Positions 20,070 to 30,308 of a stretch of DNA of 64,000 bases are shown one piece after another; position 1 is the first letter of the stretch; every line of letters starts with the position of its first letter. The position numbers and the translations under genes were made by a program. A model generated the notes under the pieces. It searched no databases. It was not told the DNA's origin and saw only the letters and a program-made list of their open reading frames with translations. The DNA comes from an uncultured Actinomycetes bacterium (lineage in GTDB: Bacteria; Actinomycetota; UBA4738; HRBIN12). The stretch spans positions 272,278 to 336,277 of the forward strand of contig CAWFKP010000006.1 of assembly GCA_963816425.1 (NCBI GenBank). Reading direction: 5' to 3'.

Positions 20070-21655
20070 GCGAGGTGTCCGCCGTCCGCGTCGAGCTCTA
20101 CGACACGACGCTTCGCGACGGCGCGCAACAAGCGGACCTGTCCTACACGGTCGAGGATCGGCTGCGCATCCTGCACAAGCTCGACCAGGTCGGCTTCCCC
20201 TTCATCGAAGGGGGGTGGCCGGGCGCCAACCCGCGCGACACGGAGTTCTTCCAGCTCGCGATGAAGGAGACACTCCAGCATGCGGAGCTGACCTCGTTCG
20301 GCATGACCCGCCGCGCCGGGGAGCGAGCCGATGCGTCGCAGGCCCTGCGCGATCTGCTGGAGGCCGGCACCGAGGTGGTCTGCCTGGTGGGCAAGGCGTG
20401 GGACCTGCACGTGACCGAGGCCCTGCGCACCGACCTCGTCGAGGGCGTCGCGATGGTGCGCGATTCGGTGACGTTCCTCCGCGCACAGGGTCGCCGGGTG
20501 TTCTTCGACGCGGAGCACTTCTTCGACGGCTACCGAAGCGATCCCGCCTTCGCCATGCAGGTGATCGCCGCGGCGGAGGAGGCCGGCGCCGAACGGCTCG
20601 TGTTGTGCGACACGAACGGGGGCATGCTGCCGTTCGACATCGCGGACATCGTGCGAGCCGTCGGCGACCAGGCGTCGGCACCCCTGGGGATCCACGTGCA
20701 CAACGACGCCGGGTGCGCGGTGGCGAACTCGCTGGTGGCAGTCGATGCCGGCGTGCTCCAGGTGCAAGGCACCGTCAACGGCTACGGCGAGCGCACTGGC
20801 AACGCCGACATCGTCCCGATCACGGCCGATCTCATCCTGAAGATGGGCGTGACCGACGCGCTCCCCGACGGGTCGGTCGCGCACCTGACCGAGCTGGCGC
20901 GCTACGTCGCCGAGATCGCGAACCTGTCGCCGGAGGCGCGGCAGCCCTATGCGGGCAGATACGCGTTCACGCACAAGGCGGGGCTGCACACCAGCGGCGT
21001 CGCCCGAGTGTCCCGGGCCTACGAGCACGTCGCCCCCGAGTCGGTGGGCAACCGGCGCGGGGTGGTGGCGTCGGACTACAGCGGCGGCGCCTCGATCCGG
21101 ATGAAGGCCGAGGAGTTCGGCCTCGATCTCGGGGAGGCCGCGATCCCCGCCGCGGTCGAGCAGCTGAAGGAACGAGAGGCCCGCGGCTACACCTTCGACA
21201 TCGCGGAGGCGTCCTTGGAGCTGCTGCTCCGTCGCGCCGACGGTTGGGCGCAGGCCTTCTTCGAGGTCGAGAGCTACCGGGTCCATGTGGAGGAGCGCGC
21301 GGGCGACGAGCCCTTGGCCGAGGCGACGGTCAAGGTGGTGACCGAGGGGACGCGACATATCGAGAGCGCCGAGGGCCAGGGTCCCGTGGGCGCCTTGGAC
21401 AACGCGCTGCGGAAGGCGCTGACCAACGACTACCCGCAGCTCGACGACATGGAGCTCGAGGATTTCCGCGTCCGGGTGCTCGATCGCAGCGTGGGAACGG
21501 GCGCGGTCGTGCGCGTGCTGATCGACATGTCCAACGGCGAGGGCGAATGGACCACGGTCGGCGTGAGCGAGAACATCATCGAGGCCTCGTGGGAGGCGCT
21601 CGTGGACGGCTACACGTACGGCCTGTTGCATCCGCGGGAGCACGTGGAGGACTGA
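20066..21655 (+). CDS. cimA: citramalate synthase / LeuA-type-2 family (isoleucine via citramalate)
   Basis: ATGA overlap with leuB stop. VELYDTTLRDGAQQ...GGWPGANPRDTEFF signature of the CimA/LeuA_allo subfamily, distinct from the leuA above. Confidence 0.65.
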   Translation: MSEVSAVRVELYDTTLRDGAQQADLSYTVEDRLRILHKLDQVGFPFIEGGWPGANPRDTEFFQLAMKETLQHAELTSFGMTRRAGERADASQALRDLLEAGTEVVCLVGKAWDLHVTEALRTDLVEGVAMVRDSVTFLRAQGRRVFFDAEHFFDGYRSDPAFAMQVIAAAEEAGAERLVLCDTNGGMLPFDIADIVRAVGDQASAPLGIHVHNDAGCAVANSLVAVDAGVLQVQGTVNGYGERTGNADIVPITADLILKMGVTDALPDGSVAHLTELARYVAEIANLSPEARQPYAGRYAFTHKAGLHTSGVARVSRAYEHVAPESVGNRRGVVASDYSGGASIRMKAEEFGLDLGEAAIPAAVEQLKEREARGYTFDIAEASLELLLRRADGWAQAFFEVESYRVHVEERAGDEPLAEATVKVVTEGTRHIESAEGQGPVGALDNALRKALTNDYPQLDDMELEDFRVRVLDRSVGTGAVVRVLIDMSNGEGEWTTVGVSENIIEASWEALVDGYTYGLLHPREHVED

Positions 21656-21700
21656 CCAGGCAGGCGTCGCGCATCCGATCGTGCGCTACGTCGTCGATCT

Positions 21701-22897
21701 CTAAGGGGTCGGGTCGCTCGCGTGCGCGGCGAGCAACCGGACGACGCGATCCTCGATGTCCTTGGCCTTGTATTCGTCCATGCCGCTGGTCAGCAGCGAG
21801 AACTCGATCCAGGTGTCGGCCGGGTCGCTCCAGACCCAACCGGTCAGGGCGGACACGTTGTCGAGGGTGCCGGTCTTCGCGCGTATGCGCACCTTCGCGA
21901 GCCTGTCCTTGAGCGTGCCCTGACCGCCGTCGGGCAATGCCATCCGAAGCGTGCCCACCCAGGGCTGCGCACCGGCGAACCACAGCATGCGCACCATACC
22001 GCCCACGGTCTGCCTGTTCGCATACGACAGGCCCGAGGCGTCGTGGCACGTGCCCGCGACCCCGTGCGTCGCCTCGAAGGCACAGATCGCCGAGGCCGCG
22101 TTCGCGATCGTGCCGGCGGCGCCGTCGTCGACCGCGAGGGCCTTGCCGAGCACCTCCGCGGAGAAGTTGAGCGACCGGCGATCCATGTGGCGCACGAGCG
22201 TGCGCATCGGTTGCGAGGTCAGCGTCGCGACCTCGGTGAGACCGGCGACCGCGCCGCCGGCGACCGCCGAGTCGCCCACCGAGACGCCGAGGTCGCGGAG
22301 CGCGTGCGTCAGGGAGTCAGCCGCGCGTCGCTCCGGATCGTGGATATGGATGCCGGTCGGTCCGACGTTGCCGTGGAACGTCAGCGCGGTCGGCAGCGGG
22401 ATGTAGTCGGCGGGGAAGTAGTCCTTCCATCCAGGGGCGAACCAATCGTGGTGGAACGGTCCGGTGACCCCGACCACCCGTCCGCCGATGTGGCGCACGC
22501 CGGATACCCAGATCAGATGCGCCAGATGCGTGATCCGGGCCTCGCTGACCTCCGGGTCGCCCTGCCCGCGCAGGAACAGGTCGCCCTCGATGACTCCGCT
22601 CGGGTCGACGCCGAGGGACATCGCTCGGAGCTGGAAGGTCCGTGCGGGGCCGAGCTGGTCGAAAAGAGCCATGGAGAGCAGGAGCTTCTCGTTGGACGCA
22701 GGGGCCCGCGCGCGGCCGACCCGGTGCCGATACCAGGCCTCGCCGTCGTTGCCGACCATCACCGACATCGGATGCCCGGCCACGATCCCGTTCAGCCGGT
22801 ACACCCACCGGGGAGTGGCTGCCTGGGCCGACCCAACACCTGTGACCAGCACGAACACAGCCACGAGGACCGCGAGGGGGAAGGAGCGTGATCGCAT
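21701..22897 (-). CDS. D-alanyl-D-alanine carboxypeptidase/endopeptidase (PBP4, S13 family)
   Basis: Signal peptide; SNEK (SxxK) active-site motif in PASNEKLL; track ORF. Confidence 0.8.
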   Translation of the reverse strand: MRSRSFPLAVLVAVFVLVTGVGSAQAATPRWVYRLNGIVAGHPMSVMVGNDGEAWYRHRVGRARAPASNEKLLLSMALFDQLGPARTFQLRAMSLGVDPSGVIEGDLFLRGQGDPEVSEARITHLAHLIWVSGVRHIGGRVVGVTGPFHHDWFAPGWKDYFPADYIPLPTALTFHGNVGPTGIHIHDPERRAADSLTHALRDLGVSVGDSAVAGGAVAGLTEVATLTSQPMRTLVRHMDRRSLNFSAEVLGKALAVDDGAAGTIANAASAICAFEATHGVAGTCHDASGLSYANRQTVGGMVRMLWFAGAQPWVGTLRMALPDGGQGTLKDRLAKVRIRAKTGTLDNVSALTGWVWSDPADTWIEFSLLTSGMDEYKAKDIEDRVVRLLAAHASDPTP

Positions 22898-23097
22898 CGG
22901 CGGTCACCATACCCGTCGGATCGGGCCGCCCGCGTCATCAAGGGCTATCGATTGCCCCTATGAGTCGAACGTTCGTTGCGCGACGTGAGGGCTTCCGGAA
23001 CTAGTTCTTCTTCGCTAGCTTCGCCACTTACTCAGTTCGTAGCAATCGTTGAACGGTGTGCGGGGAGGGGGTCAGTGTCATCAGGTTTCGTCAGGCG

Positions 23098-24385
23098 ATG
23101 CGTCGCAAAGGCGCCACGGCGGTGCTCGGGTGCGTCGTGATGGTCGCGGGCATCGTCGCCCCTGCCTTCGCGGGGACGCGGACGGCGGCGAAATTCACGC
23201 TCGCCACCAAGCTCGGCCTGAAGACGGTGCGCCTGTCCTCCGGGCCTCAGGAGATCCGGATCCTCACGCTGGCCCCGGGGGCGGTTCCCGACATCGCGCC
23301 CGCCACACAGCAGTATCCGATGTGGGCGCTGACGAGCACGATGTCGACCAACGCCGGCGCGATCGCCGGCGTCAACGGCGACTTTGGCACCGGCCGCGGA
23401 CAGCCCGTGCATACCCTGATGATCGACGGTGAATTGTGGACGACCGGTCAGGCGCAGGGCCGGGCGGTCGCGTGGTCGAGCGACGGGTCGCGGGCCTACA
23501 TCGGGCACCCGACGTTGCGGATCAAGGCGACGGGATCGGCCGGCGCCCTGTTCCACATCCGGGAGTGGAACGCGCACGCGCCCACCGCGACGTCGATCGC
23601 GGCATACACGTCGCGCGGGGGTTCCACCACGCCGCCGCCCGGCAAGACGAACCCCGCAACGCACCGATCCGAAGTGGTGCGCCGCGCGACTCGTGCCGAG
23701 CCACGAGATCGGATGGAGCGGCTCGGCACGGAGGTCGCTCGTCCGCAGGTACACGGTGGAGGCGCAGCCCGAGCCCTGCCCGCGGACGCCATTAGGCGTG
23801 GGCTCCAGCGCGGGCGCAGTCGTCGTCGCATCGAGATTCTCCACGACCGTGGCGAACAAGGTGCAGGCGCTCACCGCCGGTGACACCGTGAAGCTCAGTT
23901 GGACGTTCGTCGGATGGCCCGGCGTGACCGATGTGATGGGCGGGACGCAGCTCCTCGTGGACGGCGGCGTGAACGTCGCGCCCGACTACACGACGGGCTC
24001 CGACTACGTCTTGAACTACAACCCGCGCACGTCGGTCGGCATCGCGAAGGGATGCTCCGACACTCACGCGGCGACGGCCTGTCGTATGCACCTCATCACC
24101 GTCGACGGGCGGCAGAGCGCCACCAACTGGTCCAAGGGCGTGCGCCTGCCGTTCCTGGCGAGCGAGCAGATCCGCGCCGGCGCCTGGATGGCCCTCAACC
24201 TTGACGGGGGAGGTTCGACCGCGATGTGGGTGAAGAAGCGGCGCCCCGCCTACTGCGAGTCGAGCCCGTCGGTCGGAGGATGTCTCGCGCAGCGGCCGTC
24301 ACCGAGCACTGGCGAGCGCGCGACCCGGACCGCGATCGTCGTCCTGCCCGGGGCGGACACCGGCACCCCGCTTGGGCTCCGGTAA
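23098..24385 (+). CDS. phosphodiester glycosidase family protein (NAGPA-like), frameshifted around 23640-23700
   Basis: Track ORFs 23056..23883 and 23429..24385 in different frames. N-terminal signal peptide; GVNGDFGTGRGQPVHTLMIDGELW typical of DUF2233/phosphodiester glycosidase. Confidence 0.6.
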
Positions 24386-24428
24386 GCCCACGTAGACTGC
24401 CCGAACGTCGTACGAGGGAGGCTCCATC

Positions 24429-25788
24429 GTGACCGAGATCGACCGTGCCCGTCTGGGCGAGCTCATGGAGCGCGAGCGGGCGACCTTTCGCGAGCGGCAC
24501 CCCCGATCGGGCCGAGCTGGCGGAGGATGCGAAGGGCTCGTTGCTGTTCGGCGTGCCCATGAACTGGATGACGCGCTGGCCGGGCGACTATCCCGTGTTC
24601 GTCGACCGCGCCGACGGCGCCCGTTTCTGGGATGTCGACGGGAACGTCTTCGTGGACTTCTGCCTGGGCGACACCGGCGGCATGGCCGGTCATGCGCCGA
24701 AGGTGGCGGTCGAGGCGATCGCCGAGCAGGCCGCCAAGGGCATCACGTTGATGTTGCCGACGGCGGATGCGGCGTGGGTCGGCCACGAGATGGCGCGACG
24801 GTTCGGCGTTCCGTTCTGGAACTTCACGCTGACCGCCACCGACGCGAACCGATTCGCGATCCGGTGGGCACGCCAGGTGACCGGTCGGTCGAAGGTGGTC
24901 GTGCACAACTGGTGCTACCACGGCTCGGTCGATGAGTCCTTCGCGACGCTGGACGACGCGGGTGCGGTCGTCGCTCGGGACGGCAACGTCGGCAAGCCGG
25001 TGCCGCTGGACGAGACGACCCGGGTCGTCGAGTTCAACGACCTCGAGGGGCTCGAGCGGGCGCTCGCGAGCGGTGACGTCGCCGTCTGCATGTTCGAGCC
25101 CGCGCTGACGAACATCGGCATCGTGTTGCCGGACCCCGGCTACCACGAGGGCGTGCGGGAACTGTGCACGAGATACGGGACCCTCCTGTTGATCGACGAG
25201 ACCCACACGATCAGCGCCGGTCCCGGCGGGTGCACGAAGGCCTGGGGGCTGCAGCCGGACATCGTGACGATCGGCAAGACGCTCGGCGCGGGCATCCCCA
25301 GCGCCGCCTACGGCATGAGCCAGGAGCTCAGCGATCGGGTCTACGCGCAGACCGACTGGAAGAACGCCGACGTCGGCGGGGTGGGCGGCACGCTGGCCGG
25401 CAACGCGTTGTCGCTGGCGGCGATGCGCGCGACGCTCGGTGAGGTGATGACCGACGAGGCGTTCGTGCGGATGGATTCGCTCGGCGAGCGATTCGAGGCG
25501 GGGGTGCGCGGGGTGATCGACACGCGCGCGCTGCCCTGGCACGTGGTGCGCCTCGGCTGCCGGGTCGAGTACCTCTTCCGGGCGGATCGGGCGCGCGACG
25601 GCAGCGAGGCGGCCGCCGGCCAGGACGAGGACCTGGACTCGTTCATCCACCTGTATCTGCTGAACCGGGGCATCCTCATGACCCCGTTCCACAACATGGC
25701 GCTGATGTCGCCCGCCACGACCGCCGAGGACGTCGACCGGCACACCGAGGTGTTCGGGCAGGCGGTCGACGAGTTGCTCGGCGCCTAG
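24429..25788 (+). CDS. class-III aminotransferase (glutamate-1-semialdehyde aminomutase-like), frameshifted at a G-run ~24506-24508
   Basis: Track ORFs 24429..24935 (MTEIDRARLGELMERERATFRERHPRS) and 24445..25788 (..AELAEDAKGSLLFGVPMNW..) join after removing one G; PLP fold-type I AT-III body. Confidence 0.7.
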
Positions 25789-25794
25789 GGCGCA

Positions 25795-26897
25795 TCAGGC
25801 GAGGTCGGCCACGAAGGAGCGCATGAACGCGGCGAGTTGCTCCACGCCCGCCATCGGCATGGCGTTGTAGATGGAGGCGCGGATCCCGCCGACGCTGCGA
25901 TGGCCCTTGAGCTCGACCATGCCGGCCGCGGCCGCCTCCGCCACGAACCGGCTCTCGAGCTCCTCGGTCGGCAGGCGGAACGTGACGTTCATCAAGGAAC
26001 GCGCCTCGCGTCGCGCGTGGCCTCGATAGACGTCGGGGAACTCGTCGATGACGTCGTAGAGCAGCGCCGCCTTCGCGCGGTTGCGCTGCAACATCGCGTC
26101 GAGCCCGCCGACCTCGTCGCGCAGCCACCTCGTGACCAGCATCAGCACGTAGATCGAGAACACCGGGGGCGTGTTGTACAGCGACCCATGCTCGGCGTAG
26201 GTGCGGTAGTCGAGCATCGTCGGCAGGCCATCCGGCACGGCCGTGAGCACGTCGTCGCGCACGATCGCCACCGTCACCCCTGCCGGGCCCGCGTTCTTCT
26301 GCGCTCCGGCGTACAGCACCGCGTACCGGTCGACGTCGACCGGACGCGACAGGAAGTCGCTCGAGCAGTCCGCAACGAGCCGCACGTGATCCGGCATGGT
26401 CGGCGTGTCCGCGTACTCGACGCCCTGGATCGTCTCGTTCGTCGTGACGTGCACGTAGGCCGGATCGGCCTCGATCGATGCCCGCAGCTCGTCGGTGTCG
26501 GGCACCCGGACGTATCCCTCGTCCTCGCCCGACCAGGCGAGGCGGGCGAGCCCCACGCGGGCCGCCTCGGCGATCGCCTTCGCGCCCCACGAGCCGGTCA
26601 CGACGTAGTCGCGGGCGGCCCCGAGCTCCGAAGCAGATTCATCGCGACCATCGCGAACTGCATCGTGGCGCCGCCCTGCAGGAACAGGACGCGATGACTC
26701 GTCGGGATCGCAAGCAGCGATCGCAGGTTCGCCTCGGCCTCCTCGATCACCCCCGTGAACCAGGCGCCGCGGTGCGAGACCTCCAGCGGCGAGGCGCCGA
26801 CCCCCGGCAGCGCGACCAGGTCGCCCTGCGCCTGCTGGAGCACGGAGAGCGGCAGGACGCCCGGCCCTGCCGCGAAGTTCACGAGACGCTCGGTCAC
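25795..26897 (-). CDS. serC: phosphoserine aminotransferase, frameshifted at a G-run ~26610-26620
   Basis: Track ORFs 26598..26897 (MTERLVNFAAGPGVLPLSVLQQA..EVSHRGAWF) and 25795..26601 (..TGSWGAKAIAEA..) are the two halves of SerC. Confidence 0.8.
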
Positions 26898-26926
26898 GGA
26901 ACCAGGCTACCGAGCGGCGCCGCCCC

Positions 26927-27403
26927 TCAGGCGCCCGGCTTGTACACCATCAGCCACAGGAGGATGGCCAGCCCGGCCATCCCGGTCGTCGCGATCACGC
27001 GGCCGCGGGGTCCGTGGACCAGCGCGTCGAGGTCCGTGTCGGTCGTCGGGTACGAGCCGTCGGCCCAGCGAGTGGTCGCCTCGCGGATCGAGCGCATGTA
27101 CGGACCGGCCAGCGCGCTCATGGCTCCCGCGGTGGCGAGCAACACGACGATCGCGCCCCAGAGCCACCATCCGCGCGAGAACCACGAGCCGTCGATGCCC
27201 GCGATCACGCCGAACAGCGTGAGGAATCCGAGCGAGGCGTACATCGGGGTGCCCGCCATCCGCGACTGCTCCGCGCGGTCGAACATCTTCTCGCGGTCGG
27301 GGAACGCGGGCGGGATGGCGAACAGCGCCCAGATCTGGACCCCGTGAAACAACAGGAACGATGCGACGCCGACGACGTGCAGGAAGACCCACAGGTCGAT
27401 CAT
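26927..27403 (-). CDS. DUF2269-like integral membrane protein
   Basis: Internal ATG of track ORF 26927..28108. MIDLWVFLHVVGVASFLLFHGVQIWALFAIP; 4 TM helices; upstream part of the track ORF is low-complexity nonsense. Confidence 0.6.
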   Translation of the reverse strand: MIDLWVFLHVVGVASFLLFHGVQIWALFAIPPAFPDREKMFDRAEQSRMAGTPMYASLGFLTLFGVIAGIDGSWFSRGWWLWGAIVVLLATAGAMSALAGPYMRSIREATTRWADGSYPTTDTDLDALVHGPRGRVIATTGMAGLAILLWLMVYKPGA

Positions 27404-27585
27404 CGCGCGAGCATACCCGCGGCGACGTGATGGGCGCGGCCCCGCGGCCGCGCCCATCGACGCGACCCGGTCCGAGGGGGGTCGGATCCCGGGCGACGGT
27501 CGTGCCGTCGACTGAACCGTACGAACGCACCCGGGGATGGCCACGGGCTGAAGGTCCCGCCGCGACCGGGACCGGGCGGTCTCGT

Positions 27586-28429
27586 TCAGCCCCGGATGAG
27601 CGGACGGGTCAGGCAGGTGGGGCCACCGTCGCCGTTGAGGCTGATGTGCGCGCCGGGGTAGGTCGTCACGTCGACGCCCGCCGCCTCCATCCGTGCACGC
27701 GTCACAGGGTTCCCTTCGACCGCCACCGCGCGGCGCGGCGCGACCGCCAGCACGTTCGGCCCCATCGAGAGGAACTCGTCCTCGGGCACCTCGACCATCG
27801 TGACACCGCGCTCCCCGAGCAGCTGCACGAGGCGCACGGGCATCATCGGCAGGTACACGACCGCGAGGTCGGCATCGAGCATCGAGATGAACGACATCAG
27901 GTGCAGGCACTCGGCGGGTCCGTGGTGGTACGGCAGGTCGAAGGTGTGGACCTCGACTCCCTGCTCGGCGAGCCGGGGACCCAGCTGGTCGATCGCGGCG
28001 GTGTTGGTCCGATACCCGAGCCCGACGAGCAGCGTCCTCTCGTCGAGGAAGATCATGTCGCCCCCTTCCGCGGTCGCCGGCGCCGTGAGGCTCGGCAGGA
28101 TGTCGCACCCTGCGTCGGCGAGCTCGGCGGCGGCGACGGCCGGCTCACCGCGACGACCCTCCTTCCCGGGGCGGAGCGGGATCACCCCGGCGTCGGTCAC
28201 GAGGGTCGGGTCGAACGTGTAGACCGCGTCGGGGTCGTCCGGGACCGGCGTGGTTCCCACCACGACGTCCGGTACGGTCGAGCGAAGCACATCGACGAAG
28301 GCGGCGTGCTCGGCGGCGGCCGCCTCCACGTCGGGCTCGTCGTGCCAGCCGTAGGCGCGCCAGGCGTGCGAAGGCGTCGACGTGCGGTGGCCGGACGTAG
28401 ATGCGTTGGATGATGCCGTGGGCGTTCAT
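27586..28429 (-). CDS. dimethylarginine dimethylaminohydrolase / amidinotransferase-superfamily protein, frameshifted near 28370-28390
   Basis: Body in track ORF 27586..28329. True N-terminus MNAHGIIQRIYVRPPHVDAFA lies in the frame of track ORF 28145..28582. Confidence 0.6.
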
Positions 28430-28457
28430 GGCAGGCGATGCTAGCGGCAGCCCGCGA

Positions 28458-29742
28458 CTAGCGCTTGTGCGTGTGCGCGGGATGTTCCGGGTGCGCCGGG
28501 TGCGCGCCGTGCGGTGTGTGGCCGCCGGCGTGGGAGCCGGATGGCCCGGCCTGCCCCTTCTGTACCAATCCGGGCGGGCCACCGTGCGGGTTGTTCGCCG
28601 CCGACCCCGAATCCTTCAGCCCGGGCGGGCCGTTGTGCGGATTGTGGCCGACGCTCGCACCGGCGACCGCAGCCAGCGCGTTGCGCGTGACGCCTCCGCC
28701 GTCGCCACCCGTGCCTCCGCCGCCACCCTCCGTTTCCACCCGTGCCTCCGCCGCCCGAGCCGGTGCCCGGGCCAGGGCCGCCCGCGCCGCCGGTGGGGCC
28801 GCCCCCGCCGCTGGGACCGCCGAGTCCGGGCCCCGTGACGGTCGTTCCTGGTCCGGTCGGGGCGCTCCCGCCGGTGGGGGTCGGCGTCGCGGGCCCGGAA
28901 CCGCCCGGATCGTTCGGCTGCGTGACCGGTGTCGTCGGCGTCGAGCCGTCGCCCGAGGGTGCGGACGATGTGACCGGCGGGAGGAACGGCTCCCCGGTGA
29001 TCACGACGGGACCGCGCGCGCCGAAGGACAGCGCGATCATCAGCGCGCCCGCGACGGCCGCGCCACCGAGGGCGATCATGCCGATCCGCCGATCGAGCGT
29101 TGCGTCGGTGGCGTCATCCGCCACGACGTCCGCCGCACCTGCGGTGCTGCCGGCGGCGCCCCCGTCGCCGGTGAACGGCAGCACGGTACCGGCGGCGACG
29201 GCCGCCGCACGCGTCGATCGAGCGCGCCGACGCCGCCCGGTGCCAGTGCTCGGGTGCAATCGCTGGCCGCGCCGTTGCAGTTCGGTGACACTCGGCCTCG
29301 CGGGCGTCGCGGCGCCGGCCGCCAGCTTCTCGCGCAGGGTGGCCGGATCCTTGCGCACCTTGTCGATCCAGTCGGGACGCTCGATCGTGCCGAGGCCCAA
29401 CAGGTCCGCGCCGGCCACGAGCCCGACGGTGGCGGACAGCGCCAGCGCAACCTCGCGAGGCTCGACCCGAGCGGCGCCGCCGATCGGGATCACACCGGCC
29501 GGCCAGATGACGACGAGCTTCGATCGGGGGGCGAGCTCGGCGACCAACTGCGCGGCCGCGACGCCGATCGCGTCGTCCAGGACGACCACATCGGGTTGGT
29601 CGGCGCGGAGCAGCGCCGCAAGCGCGGCGGTGTCCGCGGCGACGCCGACGACGTCGAACCCGTCGTCGGTCAGCACGTCGCGAAGCGGCCGCCGGCCCGG
29701 ATCCCCTTGGCCGACGACCACGCGCACACTGTGTTGGTCCAT
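28458..29742 (-). CDS. receiver-domain-like protein with TM segment, Pro/Gly-rich region and His-rich C-terminal tail (frameshift near 28735)
   Basis: N-terminal CheY-like fold (VVVGQGDPGRRPLRDVLTDDGFDVVGVAA...VVVLDD). One TM helix (IALGGAAVAGALMIALSF). PG-rich low complexity; tail HGAHPAHPEHPAHTHKR in the frame of track ORF 28458..28739. Confidence 0.5.
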
Positions 29743-29873
29743 CCCCGCTCCCGCTCCGACCTCGCGGGAGGCCGGGACTGCACAAAGCGTACCTGTGCGC
29801 TGCCCCCGGAGCTACCGACCTTCGGGGTGACGGCCGTTCGGGGGCCAGACCTAGGGCATTAGACTCCGGCCCG

Positions 29874-30293
29874 GTGGGGGAGGTCAGGCTGCGCTGGACG
29901 GGCGAGCGGATCCAGTTCGTCGGCGATACACGCTACGGCGACGAGGTACGCGTCGGCGGCGATCCCGAGGGTCCGGGCGCCAAGCCATCGGATCTGTTGC
30001 CCCTGTCGCTGGCGGCCTGCACCGCATACGACGTGGTCGAGATCCTCCGGAAGCAGCGACAGGACCTGCGCGGCCTTGAAGCGTTCGTGACCTCGACGCA
30101 GGACGAGGACCCACCGTGGATCTTCCGCGCGATCCACATCGAGTGGGTCGTGACCGGCGACGTGGATCTCCACAAGGTGGAGCGAGCGGTCGACCTGGCC
30201 GAGCGCACCGCGTGCGCGGTCGCCGCCACGATCGGACCGGTTGTCGACCTCACGCACAGCGTTCGGGTCGAGCCCGCCGACACCACCGGCTGA
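29874..30293 (+). CDS. OsmC/Ohr family peroxiredoxin-like protein
   Basis: Track ORF; LSLAACTAYDV motif region typical of OsmC family. Confidence 0.8.
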   Translation: MGEVRLRWTGERIQFVGDTRYGDEVRVGGDPEGPGAKPSDLLPLSLAACTAYDVVEILRKQRQDLRGLEAFVTSTQDEDPPWIFRAIHIEWVVTGDVDLHKVERAVDLAERTACAVAATIGPVVDLTHSVRVEPADTTG

Positions 30294-30308
30294 GAGACTG
30301 GCTCGCGG

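Noticed and set aside
19688-21643. 651-aa minus-strand ORF antisense to cimA
   Set aside because: Shadow ORF; the plus strand encodes the conserved LeuA/CimA catalytic box.
28465-29862. Plus-strand PG-rich ORFs (465 aa, 362 aa) over the receiver-like gene
   Set aside because: Antisense or alternate-frame readings of a Pro/Gly-rich low-complexity region; no start context.
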